Both the position numbers and the translations under genes were made by a program. Under the pieces are notes generated by a model. That model searched no databases and was not told the DNA's origin. It saw only the letters and a program-made list of their open reading frames with translations. A DNA stretch of 64,000 nucleotides, from IMG/VR virus record IMGVR_UViG_3300019776_000564, positions 1 to 64,000 of that record; one strand, 5' to 3'. This document shows, one piece after another, positions 52,299 to 61,935 of this stretch. This DNA comes from a virus. Within the stretch, counting starts at the first letter, position 1. Every line of letters begins with the position of its first letter.

Positions 52299-53566
52299 TG
52301 AAGATCACTAACGCCTCGCCTCAGTTAACACCTCTTGCGCTGAAGATCGGTCTTCATCCAAAGCAAGCAGAGGTGTTCCTTGATACGACTCGATTTCGAG
52401 TCGTAGTTGCCGGCCGTCGTTGGGGTAAAACTGCCCTAGCTAAGACGGAGATGATTCAACGAGCCAAGATACCCGGTCAAAAGATTTGGTACATCGCCCC
52501 GACATACCGGATGGCGAAGCAAATCATGTGGAACGACCTTAAAGCCTCTATCCCTCGAAAGTGGATTATTCGAGAGCATGAGACTGAAATGTCCATTACG
52601 CTCCGAAATGGCTCGATCATCGAATGCAAGGGCGCAGATAACCCTGACACTCTTCGAGGCGTTGGTCTTAACTTCGTGGTAATGGACGAGTTCCAGGACA
52701 TCCGTCCTGACACTTGGACTACGATTATCCGTCCTACTTTGGCTAAAGACCGCGGTGAAGCTCTATTCATCGGTACGCCAAAGGCTTACAACCAGTTGTA
52801 TGAGGTTTATCAGTTCGGACAAGACCCTGCTCGCAAGGCATGGTCTAGCTATCAGTTCCCAACCATCACCTCACCTTTCATCCCTGAGACGGAGATCATC
52901 GAAGCTCGCAGGGATATGGACCCTCGGACATTCAGACAGGAGTTTGAGGCGTCCTTTGAAACTATGAGTGGTCGAGTCTACTACCCGTTCGATCGTCGCG
53001 AGCATTGCAGCACAGACATCAAGTTCAACCCGGGTCGACCTATCTATGTTGGCGTGGACTTTAACATTGACCCAATGTCCGCTTGCATTATGCAGCCCCA
53101 AACAAACGGCGAACTCTGGGTGGTTGATGAGATCTTCCTTCATAACTCCAACACCCTTGAGGTTTGTGAGGAACTGGAGAGAAGGTATTGGCGATATATG
53201 AGCCAGATCACAATCTTCCCTGACCCGGCCGGCGCTGCACGTCAGCACGCTCGCGGTGAATCTGACCTTGAGATCTTCAGGCAGAAAGGATTCAATCGGA
53301 TTAAGTTCCGCAGAAAGCACCCGCTTATTGCAGACCGTGTTAACAGCGTTAACCGTTTATTAAAGGACGCATCCGGCAAAATCACCCTTAAGGTGAATAC
53401 TGGATGTACAAACGTAGTCCAGTCTCTTGAGCAAACCCTGTACAAGGCAGGCAGTCGAGATATCGATAAGGCCGCAAGTATGGAGCACATCACTGACGCT
53501 ATGGGCTACTGCATTGAACTGGAACATCCGGTCAAAAAAGTTGTTATCGTCGGACACTCTCTATAA
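52298..53566 (+). CDS. Terminase large subunit
   Basis: AGRRWGKT, YIAPT, VVMDE, IGTP, GVDFN, HITDAMGY. Confidence 0.95.
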   Translation: MKITNASPQLTPLALKIGLHPKQAEVFLDTTRFRVVVAGRRWGKTALAKTEMIQRAKIPGQKIWYIAPTYRMAKQIMWNDLKASIPRKWIIREHETEMSITLRNGSIIECKGADNPDTLRGVGLNFVVMDEFQDIRPDTWTTIIRPTLAKDRGEALFIGTPKAYNQLYEVYQFGQDPARKAWSSYQFPTITSPFIPETEIIEARRDMDPRTFRQEFEASFETMSGRVYYPFDRREHCSTDIKFNPGRPIYVGVDFNIDPMSACIMQPQTNGELWVVDEIFLHNSNTLEVCEELERRYWRYMSQITIFPDPAGAARQHARGESDLEIFRQKGFNRIKFRRKHPLIADRVNSVNRLLKDASGKITLKVNTGCTNVVQSLEQTLYKAGSRDIDKAASMEHITDAMGYCIELEHPVKKVVIVGHSL

Positions 53567-53614
53567 ACGCTTGCACTATGGTAAATAAGTCATTTACCAT
53601 AGTGCCATTCAAAT

Positions 53615-55216
53615 GTGGATACGCCCATGCCAGTTGACAGTAAGACCGCCAAGGCGATAGTTGAGAGAAAGCACCCTCTTTACGAAGAGCTTGTGCCTCA
53701 CTGGGATTTCCTTGAGGCCAGTTACAGGGGTGGGCGTGGGTGGTTCAAGAACAACATCTTCCGCTACATCAAGGAAGGTGATCGCGAGTACAAGGATCGC
53801 GTAGAGCGAGCCTATCGATTCAACCATACTCGCGAAACAGTTGATCTGGTCAATAAATATCTTTTCCGAGCACCTATTGCCCGAAACTTTGATGATGCTC
53901 CCGAGAGCGTCAGAGAGTTCTGGAATGATGTGGACGAAACCGGCCTCAGCATTGACGAGTTCATGCGGATCGTTTCGCTCAAGCAATCCATTTTCGGCAG
54001 ACCTTGGATCGTAATCGATAACAGAGTTACCGATATCCCTGAGAACGCCAGCAAAGCTGACACCAAAGGTGTTGATCTTTACGCCTATATGGTTCCGCCT
54101 CAGCAGGTTCCAGACTACGCTTTCGATGAGTGTGGTGAACTGTTGTGGGTATTGATCGAGGAGCACATCCGAGACGACCAAGACCCTATTAACGGCACAG
54201 GTGACGTTTTCAAGAGATATCGCTTGTGGACTCGCACTGACTGGATGCTGTTTGAGTTCAAGAAGGGTTCCGGCAAGTCTGGCGGTAGATGGGAACAGGT
54301 CGACGAAGGTCGCCATGATCTCGGTCTTGTTCCAGCCATTCCCGCAAACAACAGCGTAATCAACGATAAGTGGGACTGCCCGGCTCTGATTGCTGAGGTT
54401 GCCTACCTAGATCGCGCAGTCTCCAACTACGCGAGTAACCTTGATGCCATCATTCAAGACCAGTCGTTCTCACAGCTTGCGATGCCGGCTCAGGGCGTAT
54501 TACCTGGCGATGACGCTTACAACAAGGTTCTCGAAATGGGGACTAAACGAGTGTTTCTGTATGACGGAGAAGCTGGAGCCGCTCCACAGTTCCTCTCTCC
54601 TGATCCGAGTCAGGCATCGCTTATCCTTTCTGCCATTGGTCAATTGATCAACGAGATCTACCATTCGGTTGGTCTTGCAGGTGAAAGAACAAAGCAGGAC
54701 AACAGCAAGGGTATCGATAACAGTTCCGGCGTTGCTAAGGCTGTGGACTTTGAAAGGGTAGTTGCATTACTCTCGTCCAAAGCAGATGCTTTGGAAGTTA
54801 TCGAAGCCAAGATGCTGAAAATTATTTGTGCGTGGTCTGGTGAAGAACTGCCAGATGATGTAGAACTTGTTACCTACCCAGTAGAGAGCCAGTTTGACGT
54901 TCGCACTCTGTACGACGAGATCGATATTGGCATGAAGCTTCGTCTTATGGGCTTGCCGCCAATGATCCTCGAAGAGCAAGTAAATCGCCTTGTAACTAAA
55001 CTCTTCCCGGGTCTAGGTGAAAAGGTGATTGAATCGATCAAAGCAGAAGTTAAGCAATGGGCAAATGAGCCACCACCGGGAGAGACTCCGGCTGGCAACA
55101 AACCCGGAAGCGACGCTGCCGCTAAGGTCGTAGAGGAAGCAAAGCGCAATCGCGCAGCGGCCTCTGAAAAGAAAACCGCCACACAAAGCCGAGAGACTGG
55201 CAAAACCAACGGCTAA
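53615..55216 (+). CDS. Portal protein
   Basis: Size and position; YRGG, SSGVAKAVDF. Confidence 0.85.
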   Translation: MDTPMPVDSKTAKAIVERKHPLYEELVPHWDFLEASYRGGRGWFKNNIFRYIKEGDREYKDRVERAYRFNHTRETVDLVNKYLFRAPIARNFDDAPESVREFWNDVDETGLSIDEFMRIVSLKQSIFGRPWIVIDNRVTDIPENASKADTKGVDLYAYMVPPQQVPDYAFDECGELLWVLIEEHIRDDQDPINGTGDVFKRYRLWTRTDWMLFEFKKGSGKSGGRWEQVDEGRHDLGLVPAIPANNSVINDKWDCPALIAEVAYLDRAVSNYASNLDAIIQDQSFSQLAMPAQGVLPGDDAYNKVLEMGTKRVFLYDGEAGAAPQFLSPDPSQASLILSAIGQLINEIYHSVGLAGERTKQDNSKGIDNSSGVAKAVDFERVVALLSSKADALEVIEAKMLKIICAWSGEELPDDVELVTYPVESQFDVRTLYDEIDIGMKLRLMGLPPMILEEQVNRLVTKLFPGLGEKVIESIKAEVKQWANEPPPGETPAGNKPGSDAAAKVVEEAKRNRAAASEKKTATQSRETGKTNG

Positions 55217-55239
55217 GAGAACAGCCAAAGGAGTAATAA

Positions 55240-56139
55240 ATGCACCGCTATATGATCAAGCTCTTGGGTCGCGCAGGCGTCTATCTGGACGATAACGATG
55301 GTAACGGCAACGATCTTCCAGGCGGTTTGACCGCAGAAGAAATCGCCGCTGCCGCAGCAGCGAAGGCTAAAGCCGATGCAGATGCAGCAGCCGCTGCCGC
55401 TGAGGAAGAAGCCAAACGCATCGCAGCAGATAAGGCAAATAAAGACCAAGACGGTAACAAGCCATCCGATACAGAAGCCAAGCTTCTGAAGGAACTGATG
55501 GCTCTGAAGGCCAAGCAGAAAGAAGCTGATGCTGAACTGAAGGCGTACAAAGACGCTGCCGGGGAAAGCAAGCCTGATGAGTTGAAGGCGTTGATCGATG
55601 CCAAGAAAGAAGCCGACCGGCAGGCACTCGAAAAGCGCGGCGAGTACGACCGTATCCTTGAGCAAGTGAAGACCGAGCATACGAAGGAGATCGAAGCTCT
55701 GAAGGCAGAACTGGAGGCTACAAAGCTTCTGGTGTCTCAGAAGGACGATAACCTTGTGGAACTGACCGTCGGCCGAGCTTTCAGTGAAAGCGCGTTCATT
55801 CGCGAGAAGTCCGTAATCCCGGCATCGATTGCCCGGAAAGAGTTTGGCTCTTACGTTGACATCGTTGATGGCGCAGCCGTTGTGTACGACAAGCCTCGCG
55901 GCGCAGCCGAACGCACCCCGATTGTTGGTGCAGACGGCAAGCCTAAAAGCTTTGAGGATGGTATTGCGGCACTGTATGCTGCACATCCTGAAGGCGCGGG
56001 TCTGATCAAAGCACAGGGCAAGCCCGGTGCAGGTTCGCAGAACGTTGATTTGGGCAACAAGAAGCCTGATGACAAGTCGAAAGATTCCGTCTCCGGTGTT
56101 GGCCGAATCGCTCTGGGTCTGAACAAGAAGAATCAGTAA
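55240..56139 (+). CDS. Capsid scaffolding protein
   Basis: Coiled-coil; position before capsid gene. Confidence 0.75.
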   Translation: MHRYMIKLLGRAGVYLDDNDGNGNDLPGGLTAEEIAAAAAAKAKADADAAAAAAEEEAKRIAADKANKDQDGNKPSDTEAKLLKELMALKAKQKEADAELKAYKDAAGESKPDELKALIDAKKEADRQALEKRGEYDRILEQVKTEHTKEIEALKAELEATKLLVSQKDDNLVELTVGRAFSESAFIREKSVIPASIARKEFGSYVDIVDGAAVVYDKPRGAAERTPIVGADGKPKSFEDGIAALYAAHPEGAGLIKAQGKPGAGSQNVDLGNKKPDDKSKDSVSGVGRIALGLNKKNQ

Positions 56140-56214
56140 GAGCCTGACAAGGGCGGTGCTTTACTGGTACTGTGAAGAACTCATGTTTTAAAAGCTAACT
56201 AAGGAGTTAGTAGA

Positions 56215-57120
56215 ATGCCACTGTTGCGCGAAGTTGCAGAAACGCTGTCCCAAGAGGACATGCTCCGCGGCGTAATCGAAGAGATCATCCATCGTGACGA
56301 TCTGCTCGGCTTGCTGCCATTCAGCCGCACCGACGGTAAAGCGTTGGTGTATATCCGTGAACTGACCAACAGCGAAGGCACCTTCCTGGAAGTCAACGAT
56401 GTTGTGCCAGAAGGCACCAGCACCGTGGAAGAAGTCGTCACCAAGCTGCGAATCATCGCCGGCGACGTGGACGTTGACAAATTCCTGGACGAAACCATGA
56501 GCGACAAGAACAGCCAACTGGCTCTTCAAATCGCCATGAAAGCGAAGGGTATGGCTACCACCTTCCGTCGCGCTCTGGTTCTGGGCAACAACACCGTCAA
56601 TCCGAAAGAGTTCGATGGTATCCAGAAGCTGGTTGCTGACACCGGCAACTTCTTCGAGGCAGGTGTAAATGGCGCGGCTATTTCCCTGTCGATGCTGGAC
56701 GAACTGATCGACAAGCTGCAAGGTCGTCGCCCTGACGCTCTGATGATGCGTACCGGCACCCTGCGTGCTCTGAAGGCTCTGTGGCGCGCAGCCGGTGGTA
56801 ACACTGGTGGCATGATGCAGATCGACAACTTCGGTCTGTCGGTTCCTGCTCATGACGGCGTACCGATCATCCTGAACGACTTCATCCCTGTTGTCGCTCA
56901 TGGCACCGCGCCTTCGACCTGCTCGATCTACGCTCTGCGTCTGAACGAAGTTGATGGTCTGCACGGCCTGTACGGCGGTGAGTCTGCCGGTATCCGTATC
57001 GAAGATATCGGTACTGTGCAGAACAAAGACGCCACCCGTACCCGCCTGAAGTGGTACTGCGGTCTGGCTCTGAAGTCCACTGTATCGCTGGCCGCCGTTG
57101 TTGGCGTAACCAACGTGTAA
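56215..57120 (+). CDS. Major capsid protein
   Basis: GDVDVDKFL, EFDGI, TRLKWYCGLA; recalls SSU5-type capsids (from memory, not searched). Confidence 0.9.
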   Translation: MPLLREVAETLSQEDMLRGVIEEIIHRDDLLGLLPFSRTDGKALVYIRELTNSEGTFLEVNDVVPEGTSTVEEVVTKLRIIAGDVDVDKFLDETMSDKNSQLALQIAMKAKGMATTFRRALVLGNNTVNPKEFDGIQKLVADTGNFFEAGVNGAAISLSMLDELIDKLQGRRPDALMMRTGTLRALKALWRAAGGNTGGMMQIDNFGLSVPAHDGVPIILNDFIPVVAHGTAPSTCSIYALRLNEVDGLHGLYGGESAGIRIEDIGTVQNKDATRTRLKWYCGLALKSTVSLAAVVGVTNV

Positions 57121-57202
57121 GTGGAAGATTGCCTCGGCAATCTGCTATAAAGGGGCTTGGGAAACCAAGCCCCTTTTTTAATACCTCAATTAAGGTAATC
57201 AA

Positions 57203-60200
57203 ATGAAAATTCGCATTCTGGACAAAGGCTTCGCAAACCTCACCGGCCCATTCGGCACTGTCGAATTTGTTGACGGCGTTTCCGTTGACGAAGTTTCTGC
57301 CGCCGAAGCTGCGCGTCTGGGTACTATTCTCAGCGTCGAGTGTGTCGATAGCGGCAAGAACCCTTCGACCACTCAACTGATGGTTGATATCCACGCCAAG
57401 AACACAGAAGAGCTTGGTATCAAGGCTGCCGGTCTGCGCAAAGCCACCACCGTTCAGCCACAAGTTGCTGACAACCAACCTGAGAGCGTTCCTCAGGCGA
57501 GTCATGAAACGGTAAAAGCTGTTCTCGAAGGCACTCCGGCGCTCAAGTATGACTATGACGTTGAGCAGCTTGACGCTCTGGTCAAACGTGAAGGCATTGC
57601 TGGTCTGCGAGCGTTTGCAAGCGCGTATGCAGTTAACGGTCAGAGCGTTGCAACCATCATCAAGAAGCTGATGGAGCTTAAAGCCGAGAACGTTAAGCCT
57701 GAACAGGAAGAGCCAAAGAAAGAAGAGCCTACCGCTGAAGAAGTGGAAGAAGCTCGCAAGGCTGAGATCCTGGCTGAACTGGAAGCTCTCGGCAAACGAG
57801 CAATCGCTATCGCCAGCAATTCTGAACTGACCGAAGAAGAGAAGTTGGCTCAGTTGGCTGAAGTAGATGCGGCTATCGCTGCTTTCGAGCAGGAGTAATA
57901 GGTAATGGCGAGTGTCATCAATAGTGGCGCCGCCATCACTTTCCCTGTAACTCCGGGACAGAACTCGTTTCCAGCTTCAGCGGGTTCTGTATCCCTTCAG
58001 GTTACAATCGGTGATGTCGTTGTCTGGGAAGACCATACTAAAGTCCTGTGGGCTGATGCGCTGGTAAGCGGCGTAACATTCCCCTCAGCCTCTTCCGTAA
58101 TTGCAGAGCCGCAAGCCTTTGCAAAGTATTCGATCCTTCTTTGGGACGATCTCGATCAACCTCTAAACCCGGGCAGCGTCTCGTTTGAGGTTATCATCGA
58201 GTCGACCGATCTTCTTCGCGTTCTCGAAAACAGCTTTGGTCAGTGGGGAGAGTTATCGCTGCTGGCAAGAAACATGGTCAGTCTTAAGTCGTATCAGTTC
58301 GCCCAACCTGACGAACAGAAAGCGGCGTTGATTAACGCGTTCCATAATATCGCTGACGTGCATGTAAACTTCTGCCCGCCTCACAGCAGAGCGCGATGGC
58401 ATAACCAGTCTCAAATGTGGGACGGCGAGGGCGTATTCGAGGATGCTCTTGAGGGAATCTACTCAACCCGGCAGCTTACCGATGTGATTTGGGCAAAGCT
58501 CAAACCTGAAGTAAAAGACAAGCTGATGCGGGCACAGTTGATTGAGGCTAACTACCTTCTTTCGGATCAGACTCCTGAGAAGCAAAGACTTGCCGGCCTT
58601 CTGTCTCACTCTGCTGGCGAATCTGCGCATTTCTACCGAACCGTAAAACCGCTCGAACTGCCTGTCAGTAGAGCTACAGCATTGGCTTTGAAAGGAATTA
58701 TCAGCTATGTCGTTCGTATCGGCGGATAACAAAGAGATCACGGACTCTGTATCCCGGATCAGTTCGGGCTATGCAGCTTTTGAGACGACTCTTCGCGGAG
58801 CAGTTGCAGAGGTTCTCAATGGACTCGGTAACGGCCTGTACAGTCTCTCCAATATGATTCAGCCAATTGAGTCTGTAGCTCAGCGATATCTAAGCTCAGT
58901 GAGAGAGCAGACGCTTGAAGACCTCGGGAACGTGTCTGAGAGAGCGCTGAAGACCTCCGGGGCAGAACTAGACCCAAGTGTAGCGAGTAAAGCTATAACA
59001 GTCGCTGATGCGCTTTATAAGGGCTTTGGCGTAGAGGTTGAAAACTCTATCGAGAGAGCGGTTGCCAAAGACGTTAAAACCGCTTTGGACTTCATCCGAC
59101 TACAGGTTGCTCAGGGAAGGTTTCTAGCAACTACAGATCAGCTAACCCACGACCTCGAATTTACAGTTACAGGTAAAACCAGAATTGGATCAGTTGATTT
59201 CGTTACCAGAGAAGTTAATTGGGCTTATCGTCAACAGTACAACACAATCATGGTTCACGTTCTTAGCGAGCGGGGCATCGACAATGCCGTTGTTAATGGG
59301 GGTAGTTCTGACGGCATGGTTGTAAGATTGGATATTTATGACCAAATTCAGGCAAAAATATTCCATCACAACTCGAAAAGCCTTCTACAACCCCTTGACG
59401 TAGGAATATAATGTTGTCATGAGCGCATTTATTCCAACTACCGTAGGTTACATTCGCCGCGCATCCGATACGTTTTCGGTTACTGGCGATAAGACCTACG
59501 GAGATCCGATAAAAGTAGGGCTGTCCGTCGTCAGAATGGTTGACGGCTCACAGCCTACTTCCGTTCGCGCTGACACATCCGGCTCAAAGTCGTTTGCCAA
59601 CGAAAACGTTGAACAGGGAAGAGCGCTTATTCACCCTAGAGTGACCCCTAAAATTGGGGACATTCTTATTGTTGGTCAACAGCAGCTTGAGATCCAAGCT
59701 GTTAGACCGCTGTTCGATATGTACGGCGGCGTAGATCACTATCAGGTTGAGTTAACAACGTGGGTCTAACAGTCAAAGGGCTGCCGGCCGTTCAAGCTAG
59801 AATCTCCCGAACGGAGACGAAGGTTATGGAAGGCTCTCTAAGCGCTTTGCGAGCAATGGCTAAGCTGGTTGTAGCAGAAGCTGTTCGTAACGCACCAGTA
59901 GATACTGGAGAGCTTGAGAACGCTATTGTTGCGATAGAAGAGCGAAGCAGAACAGACCTTGGTCAATTCGGTCAGATCACGATCAGAGTTGGTGTTGACG
60001 TAACCAAGCTTGACCTTGAAGCTCATGGCGGTTACGACTACTCGATCAGGATGCACGAAGACCCAAATTACAACCTTGGCCCCAAGTCAGAAGCGAAACA
60101 GGCTGGTCAAGGCAATACCGTTGGCTACAAGTATCTTGAGCGCGCACTGAAGGACACTCAGGAAGAAATTCGCAGACGCGTAGAAAAAGCGATTAAAGAG

Positions 60201-60592
60201 GGTATCCAATAATGAAACTGGAAGACGCTCTGATCAGCCATATTTCAGCAAACGCACCCGGCTTAGTACAGGGCGTTTCGCTGTTTCACTCTCACATGCC
60301 AGCGGGCATCGCATCTGGAGTTCTTGTGATGACCCGTGTACCGATCGAAGTTGGTCTATACACTGGTATGCGAAATGGCACCTTCCAGGTAGTATGTCGC
60401 GACGTGAGTATTCCATTGGCTCATGATAAAGCCAGTGAAATAATCAAGGCGATATCTTCCGAAGGGGTAAGGGTAGGTACGGTGAACTTCCGGTTCATCA
60501 AACCTCAACATGAACCACTGGTGTTTCCACGCACCGAAGGCGCTCAATTTGAGGCAGCCGTGAATTACATTTTTGCAGCTAACTGGGAGTAA
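57203..60592 (+). CDS. Head completion/neck genes (57203-57898, 57905-58729, 58707-59411, 59419-59769, 59760-60212 HK97 gp10-like, 60212-60592 tail-terminator-like)
   Basis: Synteny; APVDTGELENAI and KYLERAL in the gp10-like gene. Confidence 0.7.
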
Positions 60593-60598
60593 ACCAGA

Positions 60599-61138
60599 AT
60601 GACGAGTTCTACCGAAAACATCCGAATGGGCACCTGCCGTATTCTTTATGACGGCGTTGACCTGGGCTTCACCACTGGCGGTGTCGAAGTTACTGTCGCG
60701 ACTACTACCAAAGAGATCAAGGTTGACCAGTACGGTGACACCTTGGCAAACGAGTACATCATGGGTCGAACCATCAGCGTAAAAGCGCCGTTGGTGGAAA
60801 CTACCATCGATAACATGGCTAAGATAATGCCCGGTGCAGATCTGGTTGTGGACAACACCGACCCTCTGAAGCCTAAGAAAAAGGTTGTTGCAAAATCGGG
60901 CACCGGCATCTCTTTGCTGTCGATGGCTAAAGAGCTGGTACTGCACCCAATCGCAAATGCCGAGAATGACAAGTCGGAAGACCTGACCATCCCTCTGGCT
61001 TCTACTGCGGGTGCAATGAACTTCGCCTACAAATACGATGCAGAGCGCGTGTTTGACTGCGAGTTCAAAGGCTACGCTGACGCAGAAACCGGCGTCCTGT
61101 TCATCTATGGCGACAAGGCTGTTACTGCCCTGCCATAA
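60599..61138 (+). CDS. Major tail (tube) protein
   Basis: DLGFTTGGVEV, VDQYG; position. Confidence 0.85.
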   Translation: MTSSTENIRMGTCRILYDGVDLGFTTGGVEVTVATTTKEIKVDQYGDTLANEYIMGRTISVKAPLVETTIDNMAKIMPGADLVVDNTDPLKPKKKVVAKSGTGISLLSMAKELVLHPIANAENDKSEDLTIPLASTAGAMNFAYKYDAERVFDCEFKGYADAETGVLFIYGDKAVTALP

Positions 61139-61209
61139 TCTGGTACATTCACCGCAGTAGATCACAAATAAGCGTCCTCACTTGAGGACGCTGCACTGGA
61201 GCTTTAAAA

Positions 61210-61931
61210 ATGAACCTGCTTAATATTGACGAGTTATCCGGCCCAGAACGTTTTGTAACTATCCGCGGTATCCAATATCCGGTTGTTGATCGCAGCGTTG
61301 GTTTGATGCTCGATAGCATTCAGGCTGTAAAACAGCAGTCGAAGCTGAACGGTAAGGGCAAGGGCGCCCATGTCGATGAAGAAGTTTTCTTCTCCAACAT
61401 CATCAAGACCCTGAGAACAATTCTGCCAGAGTGCCCGGAAGAAATTGTTCGAGGTTTGAGCATGGTTCAGATGATGGCTATTCTGGACTTCTGCAACCAA
61501 GACCCGAACAAGATGGCTGAAGACGCAATCAACGAAGCCAAGAAGTCTGGTAACGAAGGCGATGTTAACGACAGCAAGGTAGTAGAAGAGGGAAAAGTCT
61601 AACCGTCGAAGCGATAGACTTTTCATACGTCTTCTCACGTTTCTGCTGGTTCTACGGTTGGACTGATACTCATGTGCTGGCAATGCCAGCACGTAGGTTT
61701 TGGATGATGGAGCGCCAGATAGATCGAATCCAAGCGGAACAAGAAATCCGCAAAATTCAGTTCTCCACACTCATCTGTCCACCTAAAACCAAAGACGCAT
61801 TCAAGGCAATCACCGAGCACATCGGCCGGTTGACTCTTGAGATAGGCGAGAAAGTTACGGTTCGACGGAACATCATTGTCGCCCCCGAGCCTGGCGCCGC
61901 CGCAAAATTCGCAAAACTGTCCGGGGGTTAA
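61210..61931 (+). CDS. Tail assembly chaperone (61210-61602) with -1 frameshift extension to 61931
   Basis: Slippery G GGA AAA at 61590-61596; -1 frame open to 61931. Confidence 0.85.
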
Positions 61932-61935
61932 AGAA

